Of a stretch of DNA of 64,000 nt, positions 1 to 8,925 are shown piece by piece. This stretch comes from an uncultured Actinomycetota bacterium (lineage in GTDB: Bacteria; Actinomycetota; Actinomycetes; Propionibacteriales; Nocardioidaceae): contig CAVRQA010000012.1 in the NCBI GenBank assembly GCA_963723255.1, positions 33,555-97,554 on the forward strand. Direction: 5' to 3'. Numbering within the stretch: the first letter of the stretch is position 1; every line of letters begins with the position of its first letter. The position numbers and the translations under genes are program-made. The notes under the pieces were generated by a model. That model saw only the letters and a list, made by a program, of their open reading frames with translations. It did not search any database and was not told the origin of the DNA.

Positions 1-645
1 GCGATGACCTTCTCGGAGTACGTCGCCTTCTACGGCCTCACCCGGTCCGAAGGGCTGGTGCTGCGCTACCTCGGGGATGCCTACCGGGCCCTGCGCCAGA
101 CCGTCCCCGAACGGGTGCGCACCGACGAGCTCGAGGACATCATCGAGTGGCTCGGCTCGGTCGTGCGCCAGACCGACTCGAGCCTGCTCGACGAGTGGGA
201 GCAGCTCAACGACCCCGACCGGATGGCCGCGGACGCTGCGCCCGACGTGCTGCCACCGACGCCCGAGCGGATCACGGCGAACGAGCGTGCCTTCACCGTG
301 CTGGTGCGCAACGCGATGTTCCGGCGCGTGGAGCTCGCTGCGCTGAACCGGTGGGAGCGGCTGGGTGACCTCGAGGTCGAGGCCGGGTCCACCATGAGCG
401 CGGAGGACTGGCGCGAGGCGCTGGACGGTTACTTCGCCGAGCACGACGCGATCGACACGGGTCCGGACGCCCGCGGTCCGCAGATGCTGATCATCGAGAA
501 GGGCGAGCGCAGCTGGCAGGTCCAGCAGATCCTGGGCGACCCGGAGGGTGACCACGACTGGCGCATCACCGCGATCGTCGACCTCGCCGCGTCCGACGAC
601 GAGGGCCAGCTGGTCCTCGACGTCACCGGGCTCGTCCGGCTCTAG
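1..645 (+). CDS. C-terminal part of a DEAD/DEAH-box helicase (DUF3516-type C-terminus), 5' truncated by the window
   Basis: ORF 4..645 with motifs RSEGLVLRYLGDAYRALRQTVP, DSSLLDEWEQL and GDHDWRI, typical of actinobacterial DUF3516 helicases. Confidence 0.8.
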   Translation, partial: AMTFSEYVAFYGLTRSEGLVLRYLGDAYRALRQTVPERVRTDELEDIIEWLGSVVRQTDSSLLDEWEQLNDPDRMAADAAPDVLPPTPERITANERAFTVLVRNAMFRRVELAALNRWERLGDLEVEAGSTMSAEDWREALDGYFAEHDAIDTGPDARGPQMLIIEKGERSWQVQQILGDPEGDHDWRITAIVDLAASDDEGQLVLDVTGLVRL

Positions 646-735
646 CCGTCAGCCGAGCAGCAGCGCGCGACTGGTGTCGGCCATCCAGCTGGACGATTCG
701 GAGGAGCGGCGTACGTCGCCGTAAACTCCCCGCCC

Positions 736-1812
736 GTGGCCCTCACCATCGGAATCGTCGGACTCCCCAACGCCGGGAAGTCGACCCTCTTCAACGCCCT
801 GACGAAGAACAACGTGCTCGCGGCGAACTACCCGTTCGCCACCATCGAGCCGAACGTCGGGGTGGTCGGCGTCCCCGACGACCGGCTGGCCACGCTCGCC
901 GAGATCTTCGGGTCGGCGAAGGTCCTCCCCGCGACGGTGGAGTTCGTCGACATCGCCGGCATCGTGCGCGGGGCGTCGGAAGGGGAGGGGCTGGGCAACA
1001 AGTTCCTCTCGCACATCCGGGAGTCGGCCGCGATCTGTCAGGTGACCCGGGTCTTCCGTGACGAGGACGTCACCCACGTCGACGGTGCGGTCGACCCGGC
1101 GTCGGACATCACCACCATCCAGACCGAGATGATCCTGGCCGACCTCCAGACGGTGGAGAAGGCCATCCCCCGGCTGGAGAAGGAGGCGCGCGGCAACAAG
1201 GCGATCAACGCCAACCTCGAGGCTGCCCGGGAGGCGAAGGAGGCCCTGGAGGCCGGCACCCCGATCCTCGCCACCACGATCGACCGCGCCCTGGTCCGCG
1301 AGCTGTCGCTGCTGACCTCGAAGCCCTACATCTACGTGTTCAACTGCGATGCCGACGAGCTCGGCGACGAGACCCTCAAGAAGGAGATGCAGGAGCTCGT
1401 CGCCCCCGCCGAGGCGATCTTCCTCGACGCGAAGTTCGAGGCCGAGCTGGTCGAGCTCGGGGACGACGACGAGGCCCGCGAGATGCTCGCCGAGATGGGC
1501 GTCGACGAACCCGGTCTCGACGTACTCGCCCGGGTCGGCTTCGACACCCTCGGCCTCCAGACCTACCTCACCGCCGGGCCCAAGGAGGCCCGCGCCTGGA
1601 CGATCAGGAAGGGCGCCACCGCCCCCGAGGCCGCCGGCGTGATCCACACCGACTTCCAGAAGGGCTTCATCAAGGCCGAGATCGTCTCCTACGACGACCT
1701 GGTCGCGGCGGGCTCGATGAACGCCGCCAAGTCCGCGGGCAAGGTCCGCATGGAGGGCAAGGACTACGTCATGCAGGACGGCGACGTGGTGGAGTTCCGC
1801 TTCAACGTCTAG
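736..1812 (+). CDS. ychF: Redox-regulated ATPase/GTPase YchF
   Basis: GIVGLPNAGKSTLFNALT, ANYPFATIEPN, DIAGIVRGASEGEGLGNKFL; C-terminal TGS domain ending GDVVEFRFNV. Confidence 0.97.
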   Translation: MALTIGIVGLPNAGKSTLFNALTKNNVLAANYPFATIEPNVGVVGVPDDRLATLAEIFGSAKVLPATVEFVDIAGIVRGASEGEGLGNKFLSHIRESAAICQVTRVFRDEDVTHVDGAVDPASDITTIQTEMILADLQTVEKAIPRLEKEARGNKAINANLEAAREAKEALEAGTPILATTIDRALVRELSLLTSKPYIYVFNCDADELGDETLKKEMQELVAPAEAIFLDAKFEAELVELGDDDEAREMLAEMGVDEPGLDVLARVGFDTLGLQTYLTAGPKEARAWTIRKGATAPEAAGVIHTDFQKGFIKAEIVSYDDLVAAGSMNAAKSAGKVRMEGKDYVMQDGDVVEFRFNV

Positions 1813-1814
1813 CG
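1780..1814 (+). repeat. ychF 3'-end segment, left copy of a degenerate direct repeat (att-like)
   Basis: GGCGACGTGGTGGAGTTCCGCTTCAACGTCTAGCG matches 2362-2396 at 29/35 positions. Confidence 0.7.
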
Positions 1815-2266
1815 ATTCCAGCCGCAACACAACATGGGCCAGGCTGCTCCGTCACGAGTGCTCGGTTGCCTCGCTCCTTGGAGGCGTGCTGAAGAACAGC
1901 AGCTTCGACGGTCGAAGGCCAGATGCAGAGCAGTCGCCCGCCGTCGGGACCGGTGCGGAACCCGTGCACGGCTCCCGGGGGAATGAACACGAACGTTCCC
2001 GGTCCGACGCCCTCCGCCGGATCTGTGTCGGTGTAGAAGGTGTACGTCCCCTCGAGGACGTAAAAGGCTTCAGCTTCATCGTGTGTGTGCGGGGGATTGT
2101 CGAAGCCCGGATCCTGCCACGCCTCGCCGAGTGCCCAATGTCCACCGGTCTCGGTTCGGGCAGCCTTGCGCGTGATGTGCGCCTGCTGCAGACCCATGGG
2201 CAGGATGATGCTGTCTCCCTCAGCTGACCCGCGCAGGATCACCCTGGGTGCCTCGAGCTCAGTCAT
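1802..2266 (-). CDS. Cupin domain protein (true 3' end possibly 1852 if a 1-nt indel near 1897 is corrected)
   Basis: PPHTHDEAEAFYVLEG and GTFVFIPPGAVHGF cupin motifs; more A/T-ending codons than neighbours. Confidence 0.8.
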   Translation of the reverse strand: MTELEAPRVILRGSAEGDSIILPMGLQQAHITRKAARTETGGHWALGEAWQDPGFDNPPHTHDEAEAFYVLEGTYTFYTDTDPAEGVGPGTFVFIPPGAVHGFRTGPDGGRLLCIWPSTVEAAVLQHASKERGNRALVTEQPGPCCVAAGIARR

Positions 2267-2361
2267 TACCCAACCTCCTGGTCGCCGAATGCGCGTGGGC
2301 GAGTCACCCCCAGCATGGTTCTGTTGTGCCGCGGACGGAAGTCGTCGCAGCCACTGCAGCA

Positions 2362-2396
2362 GGCAACGTCGTGGAGTTCAGGTGCAACGTCCAGCG
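2362..2396 (+). repeat. Degenerate displaced copy of the ychF 3' end (att-like remnant)
   Basis: GGCAACGTCGTGGAGTTCAGGTGCAACGTCCAGCG; reads GNVVEFRCNVQ versus GDVVEFRFNV* of YchF. Confidence 0.7.
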
Positions 2397-2514
2397 GGGC
2401 TGACCTGCGCGGGGACGATCAGTTTCGCCAGTGCGCGCCTCAGACTGAGCGTGGCGGAAGGCCCGCCAGCCTCGAAGTGATCGTCGTTCCGCCGGCCTGG
2501 GCCGGACGCCCCGC

Positions 2515-2826
2515 TCACTCCTCCTCGGCCTCGAACACCGCCCGTCGTTCCCGGGCCGTGGCCGTCGCCGTGAGGAACTTCGCGTCGTACTCGGGGTCGT
2601 TGATGGGGATCGTGGCGACCACGTGCTCGTCGAGCACGTTGGTGCCGCCCGGCGAGACCTTCTGCAGCACGACGCGGGTGACTCCCTTGACGTCGTAGTG
2701 GGTGACCCGCCACTGCCCGGCGGCCGCCACCGGAGGGCGCTGCTGCGGTCGGGTGAGCAGCCGGATCGTGAAGTACGAGATGAGTCCCACGATCCCGAGC
2801 ACGATCACCGCGTCGAGGATCACCAT
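2515..2826 (-). CDS. Small membrane-anchored hypothetical protein
   Basis: ATG at 2826 gives MVILDAVIVLGIVGLISYFTIRLL (one TM helix) and then a soluble domain; the longer upstream extension in the ORF track is unlikely. Confidence 0.65.
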   Translation of the reverse strand: MVILDAVIVLGIVGLISYFTIRLLTRPQQRPPVAAAGQWRVTHYDVKGVTRVVLQKVSPGGTNVLDEHVVATIPINDPEYDAKFLTATATARERRAVFEAEEE

Positions 2827-2880
2827 GTCTCCATTGTGCGGACAGACCCCTGACGCGCACGTCCGGCGAAGCCGATCTGC

Positions 2881-2938
2881 TGGTCTGCACCACACCCGAC
2901 AGAATTGGGTAGACCACCTGTCCGTTTTGGGTAGTCCA
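2881..2938. promoter_or_regulatory. Three dre-like (GntR/HutC operator-like) boxes in a divergent intergenic region
   Basis: TGGTCTGCACCA (2881-2892), TTGGGTAGACCA (2905-2916), TTGGGTAGTCCA (2927-2938), spaced 24 and 22 bp; resemble the DasR core TGGTCTAGACCA. Confidence 0.55.
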
Positions 2939-3030
2939 GTCACGGGATATTTCGGACGGCGCGTGACACCGCGGTCCGAGGAGGGGCAGAATCGCACGAT
3001 CGCGCGTAGCTGCCTGGGGAGGGAGCGCCG

Positions 3031-4023
3031 ATGCCCAAGAAGAGGGCGATGCGTCATGCCCGTGTGGTGGTGGCGACGGTGATGACACTCGTCGTCTCAC
3101 CACTTCTGATCGCCGGGGTGGGGGTGAGCGCGGCACAGGCGGAGGTTCCGTACGTCGGATGGACGGCGTACCTGCCCGGTTGGACCGATGAGTACATCCC
3201 GAGCAGCGAGAACGACTGCGTCGCCGGGCGGGACAACTGCCTGAAGGCCACCCGCAAGGAGTTCGGCCGCATCCTGACCGAGGAGGCGCAGAGCTGCAAC
3301 CACGCGGCCGTGTTCGCGATGACCTACACGCGCATCACGCAGACCTACGGCTGGAGCCGGGACATCCCCGGCTACTACCAGGACGTGCCCTACATCAACC
3401 ACATGGACGCTGTGTTCGCGAAGTACTACTTCGACGCCTACCACAGCTACCAGGACGGGAACCGCTCCGCGGTGCCTGCGGCCTGGCTGACCGCGTTCGA
3501 CGCGGCGCGTGACAAGCGGGTCAACGGATCGGGCGACCTGCTGCTCGGCATCAACGCCCACGTGAACCGGGACCTCCCGTTCGTGCTGGCGGGCATGGGC
3601 CTGGTGCGGACGGACGGTGCGTCCGGGAAGCCTGACTTCGACAAGGCGAACCACTTCCTCAACGCCGCCTCGGATGCGTTGATGGCCGAGCTGTCGGCAC
3701 GTTTCGACCCGACCATCGACGACTCGAGCGATCCGCTGGGCGCGTCGTACGGGACGATCATGCAGATGCTCACGACCTGGCGCGAGAACGCCTGGCGCAA
3801 CGCCGAGGCCCTGGTCAACGCGCCCTCACCGGCCGCTCGCGCCCTGGTGGCAGCGAAGATCGAGTCGGACGCCAACGGCCTCGCGAACACGATCGTGCTG
3901 GCCCAGTCCTACAAGCCGCCGCTCACCTCGACCACCGCGCGCGACGCGTGGTGCGCCGTCCACAAGGGCGACGCCGCCCCCATCGCCTACCCGTTCGGGA
4001 TGCCCTCGCCGTACGACGGCTGA
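3031..4023 (+). CDS. Secreted DUF5995-like protein
   Basis: Signal peptide ending AAQA-E; motifs AVFAMTYTRIT, FAKYYFDAY, LLLGINAHVNRDLPF; start could be ATG 3049. Confidence 0.75.
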   Translation: MPKKRAMRHARVVVATVMTLVVSPLLIAGVGVSAAQAEVPYVGWTAYLPGWTDEYIPSSENDCVAGRDNCLKATRKEFGRILTEEAQSCNHAAVFAMTYTRITQTYGWSRDIPGYYQDVPYINHMDAVFAKYYFDAYHSYQDGNRSAVPAAWLTAFDAARDKRVNGSGDLLLGINAHVNRDLPFVLAGMGLVRTDGASGKPDFDKANHFLNAASDALMAELSARFDPTIDDSSDPLGASYGTIMQMLTTWRENAWRNAEALVNAPSPAARALVAAKIESDANGLANTIVLAQSYKPPLTSTTARDAWCAVHKGDAAPIAYPFGMPSPYDG

Positions 4024-4049
4024 TCCCTCCAGCCGCGGCCGGCACACGA

Positions 4050-4082
4050 ACGGCCTCTCCGGATGGTCCCCGGAGAGGCCGT
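4050..4082. terminator. Hairpin between the convergent DUF5995 gene and PKD copy 1
   Basis: ACGGCCTCTCCGG-atggtcc-CCGGAGAGGCCGT, 13-bp stem. Confidence 0.8.
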
Positions 4083-4096
4083 CGTGCTCTCCCTCC

Positions 4097-7000
4097 CTAC
4101 GGCGTCGATCGTGACGGCCAGATGTCTCGACGGCGGACTCGCCCCAGCCGTCGGTGGCGGTCAGCGTCACCGTGTAGGTGCCTGCCCCCGTGAACACGTG
4201 GGAGGTCGCCGCCCCCGCCGCTGTGTTGTTGGCCGTGTCGCCGAAGTTCCACGCGTAGGTGATGGAGTCACCGAGGTTGTCCGTGGTGCCGACCGCGGAG
4301 AAGTTGCAGGTCTTCGTGGCGGCGTTGCACGACGGCGTGTTGATGACCGGGACCGGCGCGGTGTTGCCCGCCGGCTCGGCGATCGTGACCGTGCGCTGGA
4401 CCTGGTGCGTGGCACCCCACTCGTCCTTCGCCACCAGCGTGACGACGAAGTCGCCGGCAGCCGTGAAGGTCTTCTTGGGGTTCGGGCCGGTGGCGGTGCC
4501 CTGACCGGTGCCGAAGTTCCACGTGTAGGTCAGCGTCGGCCGCGTTCTCGTCGGTCGAGCCCTTCGCGTCGAACTGGCAGACGTTCTCGTTGCAGACCGG
4601 TGCCGGGAGCACCGCCGTCGGTGCTGCGTTGCCCGGCGGGATCGACACGGTCACGTGGCGCTCCGACGGGGCGGCGGTGACCAGCCCGTGCTGGTCGATG
4701 GCCGCGCACCTTGACGGTGTAGCTCCCCGCCGGCAGGACCGGGGTCGTGTAGGAGAAGTTCGACCCGGCGGTGCCAGGGCTGGTCAGGAACGCGCCGCGC
4801 CAGCTCTCCGGCGCCGAAGGTGCCGGTCGAGGTGAGGTACTTCCCGGCTCGCGTCGACGATCGCGACCTCGACCTTGCATGGTCGCCGTCTTGCCCGGCG
4901 CGTTGGTGTCCTCGGCGCGGCCGCTGACGAAGATCTTGCCCTCGGTGAAGGACGCGTTCTCCGTCGGCGCCAGCAGGTTGTCGGTCAGCGTCGGAGCGAC
5001 GTCACCGGGGTAGATCGGGTAGCGCGCCGTGGCCCCGGTGGTCCAGGTCGCGCTGGCCGGCCGTGTCCACGGCGTACGCCGTCACGCTCCAGTTGCCCTG
5101 GTTCGGCAGCTCGACCGTGCGGGACCAGCCGGTGCTGGTCCCGTCCTCGGTGTCCACCGTCGCCGGGATGGAGGTGTACGACGAGCTGACCGAGCCGTCC
5201 TGGTGGTAGTAGCGGCTGGTGTCGAGGTCCTTGAGGACCAGCCGCACCTCCGCGACGCCCTGGGCGTCGGTCGCCTTACCCGTGATGTTCAGGGTCAGGT
5301 TCTCCGACGGCGGCTGCACGCCCTGGGTGGTGAGCTTCGCGTCAGGCGTCGCGTCGCCGGTGACGACAGCGTTCATCGTCATGAGCGCCCAGGCCGTCTG
5401 CGGCGTGGTGATGCTCTCGTCGTCGATCGCCAGCACCGCGAAGGTGTAGTTGCCCGGCGTCAGGTTCTGCGGAGTCGTCCACGACCAGTTGTAGGTGTGC
5501 TCCGCCGGGTCGGGCGTGACCGGCAGCTTGTAGAGGTTGAGGCCGTTGTCGATGCCCCAGGTCCCGTCGGTCGTCAGGTTCTCGCCGGTCGAGTTGTTCA
5601 GCAGCGCGACGTAGACGTTCTTGATGGAGCCGTCGTCGGTGGCCGTGCCGGAGAACGTCATCTTCTCGCCCGGCTCGACCGTGACGAGCTGGGGTGCGGT
5701 CGGCGGGACCACGGAGCCCGGCGTGCTGATCGACACCGACGGCGCCTGGCCGTTCTCGGTGACGTTCCAGGTGCGGTCGGTCGTGTCCAGCGAGGAGTTG
5801 CCTCCGGTGTCGCGGGCGCGGGCCTGGGCCGTCCAGGCGCCCTCCGTCGGGACGGTGACCTCCTTCGACCAGGTGGTGCTGGTCGCGTTCGGCACGTCCG
5901 GGACGATGCCGATGGTGTTGTAGGTGCGTCGGCGGTGCCGTCGTCCTGGAGGTAGCGACCGGCGGCGTCGCGGAGCGTCATCGAGATGCCGGTGACGCCG
6001 AAGTCGTCGGCGACGGTGCCGGAGACAGGAACGTCTTGGTGTTCACGACCCCGCGACCGGCGCGGTGTAGGTCAGCGTCGGCGGGGCGTCGGCGAGGCTG
6101 AACGTCTCGAACTTCTTGATCGCCTTCGTCGGGTCCTCGGGGCGGTCGACCCACGGTGCCGTTGCCCTGGGCCTTCGCCCGGGCCAGCATCTTGATGTTG
6201 CCCGGCACCGTGAGGTTCAGCGACCAGGTGGCCTCGGTGGCGCTCGTCGGCGTCACGGTGGCCTCGATGTTGGCCGCCGTGCCCCAGGTGCCGTCGGAGT
6301 GCAGCCACTGCAGCGAGCCGCGGTTCTGGAGCTCGACGAACACCTTGCGGACGCCGGTCGGTGCCGTGGCGGTGCCCTCGATGGTGAAGTCGTGGCCGGA
6401 CGGGAGGACCCGGCCGGCGATCGGCGTGGTGATCGTGGTCTCGACCCCGTTGGGGGCCTCGACGTCGTCGAAGTCGAAGAACGCGACGCGGCCGACGTTG
6501 TAGCCGCCCTGCGTGGTGGCGTCACCGCCGGTGAGCAGGCCGCGCGGGGTCAGCGCCATCGCGGTGTTCCCGATGTCGGAGTTCGACCCGGGGTTCCACT
6601 CCAGCGCCGTGCCGTCCTCGGGGTTGAGCGCGCCGAGGTGCTCGCGGTCCGACGACGGAGTCGCCGAGGCCGTAGCCGGACAGGCCCTGGCCGGTGCCGT
6701 AGCCGACGTCGGCCGCACCCGGCAACGGGGTGGGCGCCGAAGGCGACTCGTTCCACGCGAAGTGCCCGCCGATGTAGACGGCCTTCTCGGAGATCGCGGT
6801 GGTGTAGACGCTGTCGAACGCGCGTGAGATCCAGCGGGGCTGGACGTCGTTGCCCGCCCGTCGAGGGAGTAGGCGACGACGGTGTCGTTGATCGGCGGGC
6901 GGTCGCCGCCGGAGCCGCTCGAGACGACGAACCACGCGTCGTCCGGGGCGATCGAGCCGCTGATGATGCGCTGGATGCCGCCGACGAACTGCAGGTTCTC

Positions 7001-8733
7001 GTCCCACAGGCGGGTGCGCCAGGGGAGCAGCTGCTTGGTGGCCGTGTCGATGATGCCGATGCCGTAGCGGTCCTGGCCGTTGATCTGGCGACCGGTGTGG
7101 ATCGACCACCAGCTTGCCGCCGTCGTGGGTCAGCAGCAGCTTCTGGACGGTCAGGCCGCCGTTGACGCCGATGCCGCCCGAGAGGTTGTTGACGAAGCCG
7201 GTGTCGACGGCGCCGGTGAGCGCGTCGACCGCAGCCAGCGACTTGCGGGCGATGTCGTTGACCTTGCCGAAGCGACCACCGATGTAGACCGTCGAGCCGC
7301 TGACGGCGAGCTCGGTGGCGCGGGCGTCGGTGTCGGCCGTGAAGCCGGTGACGGTGTCGCCGGTGTCGGGGTCCAGCTGGACCACGCCCTTGCTGGTCAC
7401 GCCGTTGACGGTGTTGAAGCCACCGGCGACGTAGACGCGGGTGCCGTCGGGGGAGGCCTCCACGGCGTCGACCGCGAAGCCGGCGTTGCCGTCGAAGGTC
7501 GGGGTTGAAGTCGGTGTCGAAGAGGCCGGTGCCGAGGTCGTAGGCCGCCAGGAAGCGCTGCGTGTACGACGTGGTGTTGCCGGTGCGCTGGTTGGCGATG
7601 CTGGCGAAGGTGCCGACGACGTAGACGCGGGCGCCGACGACCTCGATGTCGTTGATGTCGCCGTTGCTGAACTTGGGCAGTCCGTGCGCGGGGTCTCGGG
7701 CACCAGGCTGGTGTGGCCGGGCAGCGGCTCGGCGTACGTCGCGGCGACGGGCTTGGTGAGCGAGGTCGTGGTCTTGCCGTCGTTGACGGTGAGGGTGACG
7801 TTGCGGGTGCCCGTCTTGGCGTAGGTGTGCGCGGCGTCGCGCCGGTGCCGGTGGCGTTGTCGCCGAAGGTCCAGCCGTAGGTCAGCGGGTCGCCGTCGGC
7901 GTCGGAGGAGCCGGCGCCGTCGAAGGTGCACGCGAGGGAGTCGCAGGAGGAGGTGAAGGCGGCGACCGGTGCGCGGTTGGCGGCGCGAGGCCGGGGCTGA
8001 CCACGACCGAGAACAGCTGGCTGTTGGTGAGGGACTTGCTGGTGCGTGCCAGGCGCGCGCCGACGGCGCCGATCGCCAGGGGACCTTCGAGTCCGCGAGG
8101 ATGCCCGTCACGAGGTTCGCGCCGGCCGCGTTGGCGCCGGTACGCCGGGTCGCGTTGGTGGGGGGGGTCCAGGTCGGCGGAGTGGTGGTGGAGGCCTTGC
8201 CGCCCCAGTAGCTGACCAGCCACGAGCCGGGCTGCGGGGCCGACGAGCGGGGGTGCGGTGCAGGTGGCGCCCGTGGCCACGGTGGCGCTCGCGGACGCGG
8301 TGACGGCGGAGGTGCCGGCCGAGCTGCGGTAGGCGGCCACGCTGAGCTCGACTTCACGGTGACGCTGGTGCGCGCCGTGACATGACGGCGGCGTCGGCGG
8401 AGGTGGCCTTCTTGGTCCAGACGCGGCCGCGGCTGGCCGATCCCTCCTTGGCTGCAGCAGCTCCAGCCGGTCGGGCCGGTCAGCGTGCCGCTGCGCGAGT
8501 TGCGGTCATGAACAGCAGGAGCGTGTCGCCGGCCGCGACGGCGGCCGGGAGCGCCGGAGTGGGTGGGCTGGTGGGGGCGGCGCTGGCGGACCCGACGTAG
8601 CTCAGCGTGGGAGCGGCCGCCGCGGCCTGCGGAAGCGGCCCAGGACCGAGGCGGACAGGACGCCGACCACGGCAGTGGCGAGCAAGGCGGTGAACCGGCG
8701 TCGGGCGCCCGAGGGCGCGGTGCGCAGAGTCAT
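4097..8733 (-). CDS. Large secreted PKD/beta-propeller/Ig-like repeat protein, copy 1 (~1550 aa; split by many frameshifts, 3' end approximate)
   Basis: ATG 8733 MTLRTAPSGARRRFTALLATAVVGVL signal. Fragments encode an N-terminal domain, a PKD, a propeller (VDAVEASPDGTRVYVAGGFNTVNG), Ig-like repeats (FSGTATDDG, ITGKATDAQGV) and two Cys-PKD domains (YAWNFGD...GTYTVTLTATDGWG). Confidence 0.8.
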
Positions 8734-8754
8734 GCTGTGGATCCCCCGTGCAGA

Positions 8755-8836
8755 GGGCCAGCCCGAGCGGCGGCCCGCGACTATCTTCCGTCACCCTTGT
8801 CTGGTATGCACCTAAGCGTCCGCTTCGGTCTAGTCC
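8755..8836 (-). promoter_or_regulatory. Upstream cassette of PKD copy 1
   Basis: GGTCTAGTCC 8827-8836, a second box TGGTATGCACCT 8802-8813, GAAGAT (-) 8783-8788, hairpin 8755-8776. Confidence 0.65.
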
Positions 8837-8863
8837 GCGGGGACATGTCCGGGCGATTCGGAT

Positions 8864-8906
8864 ACGCGAAGGGCCCCTCCGCGGTAACCGGAGGGGCCGT
8901 TCGCGT
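8864..8906 (-). terminator. Terminator-like hairpin after PKD copy 2
   Basis: ACGCGAAGGGCCCCTCCG-cggtaac-CGGAGGGGCCGTTCGCGT; homologous to the hairpins at 4050 and 14035. Confidence 0.8.
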
Positions 8907-8925
8907 CGTTGTCCAGACTCGCGGG

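Noticed and set aside
649-1830. 393-aa minus-strand ORF opposite ychF, and similar long antisense ORFs opposite VanW (28199-31174), coxL (35833-38337), narG and the peptidase
   Set aside because: Shadow ORFs expected from high-GC3 codon usage; no recognisable motifs, and they overlap well-supported genes.
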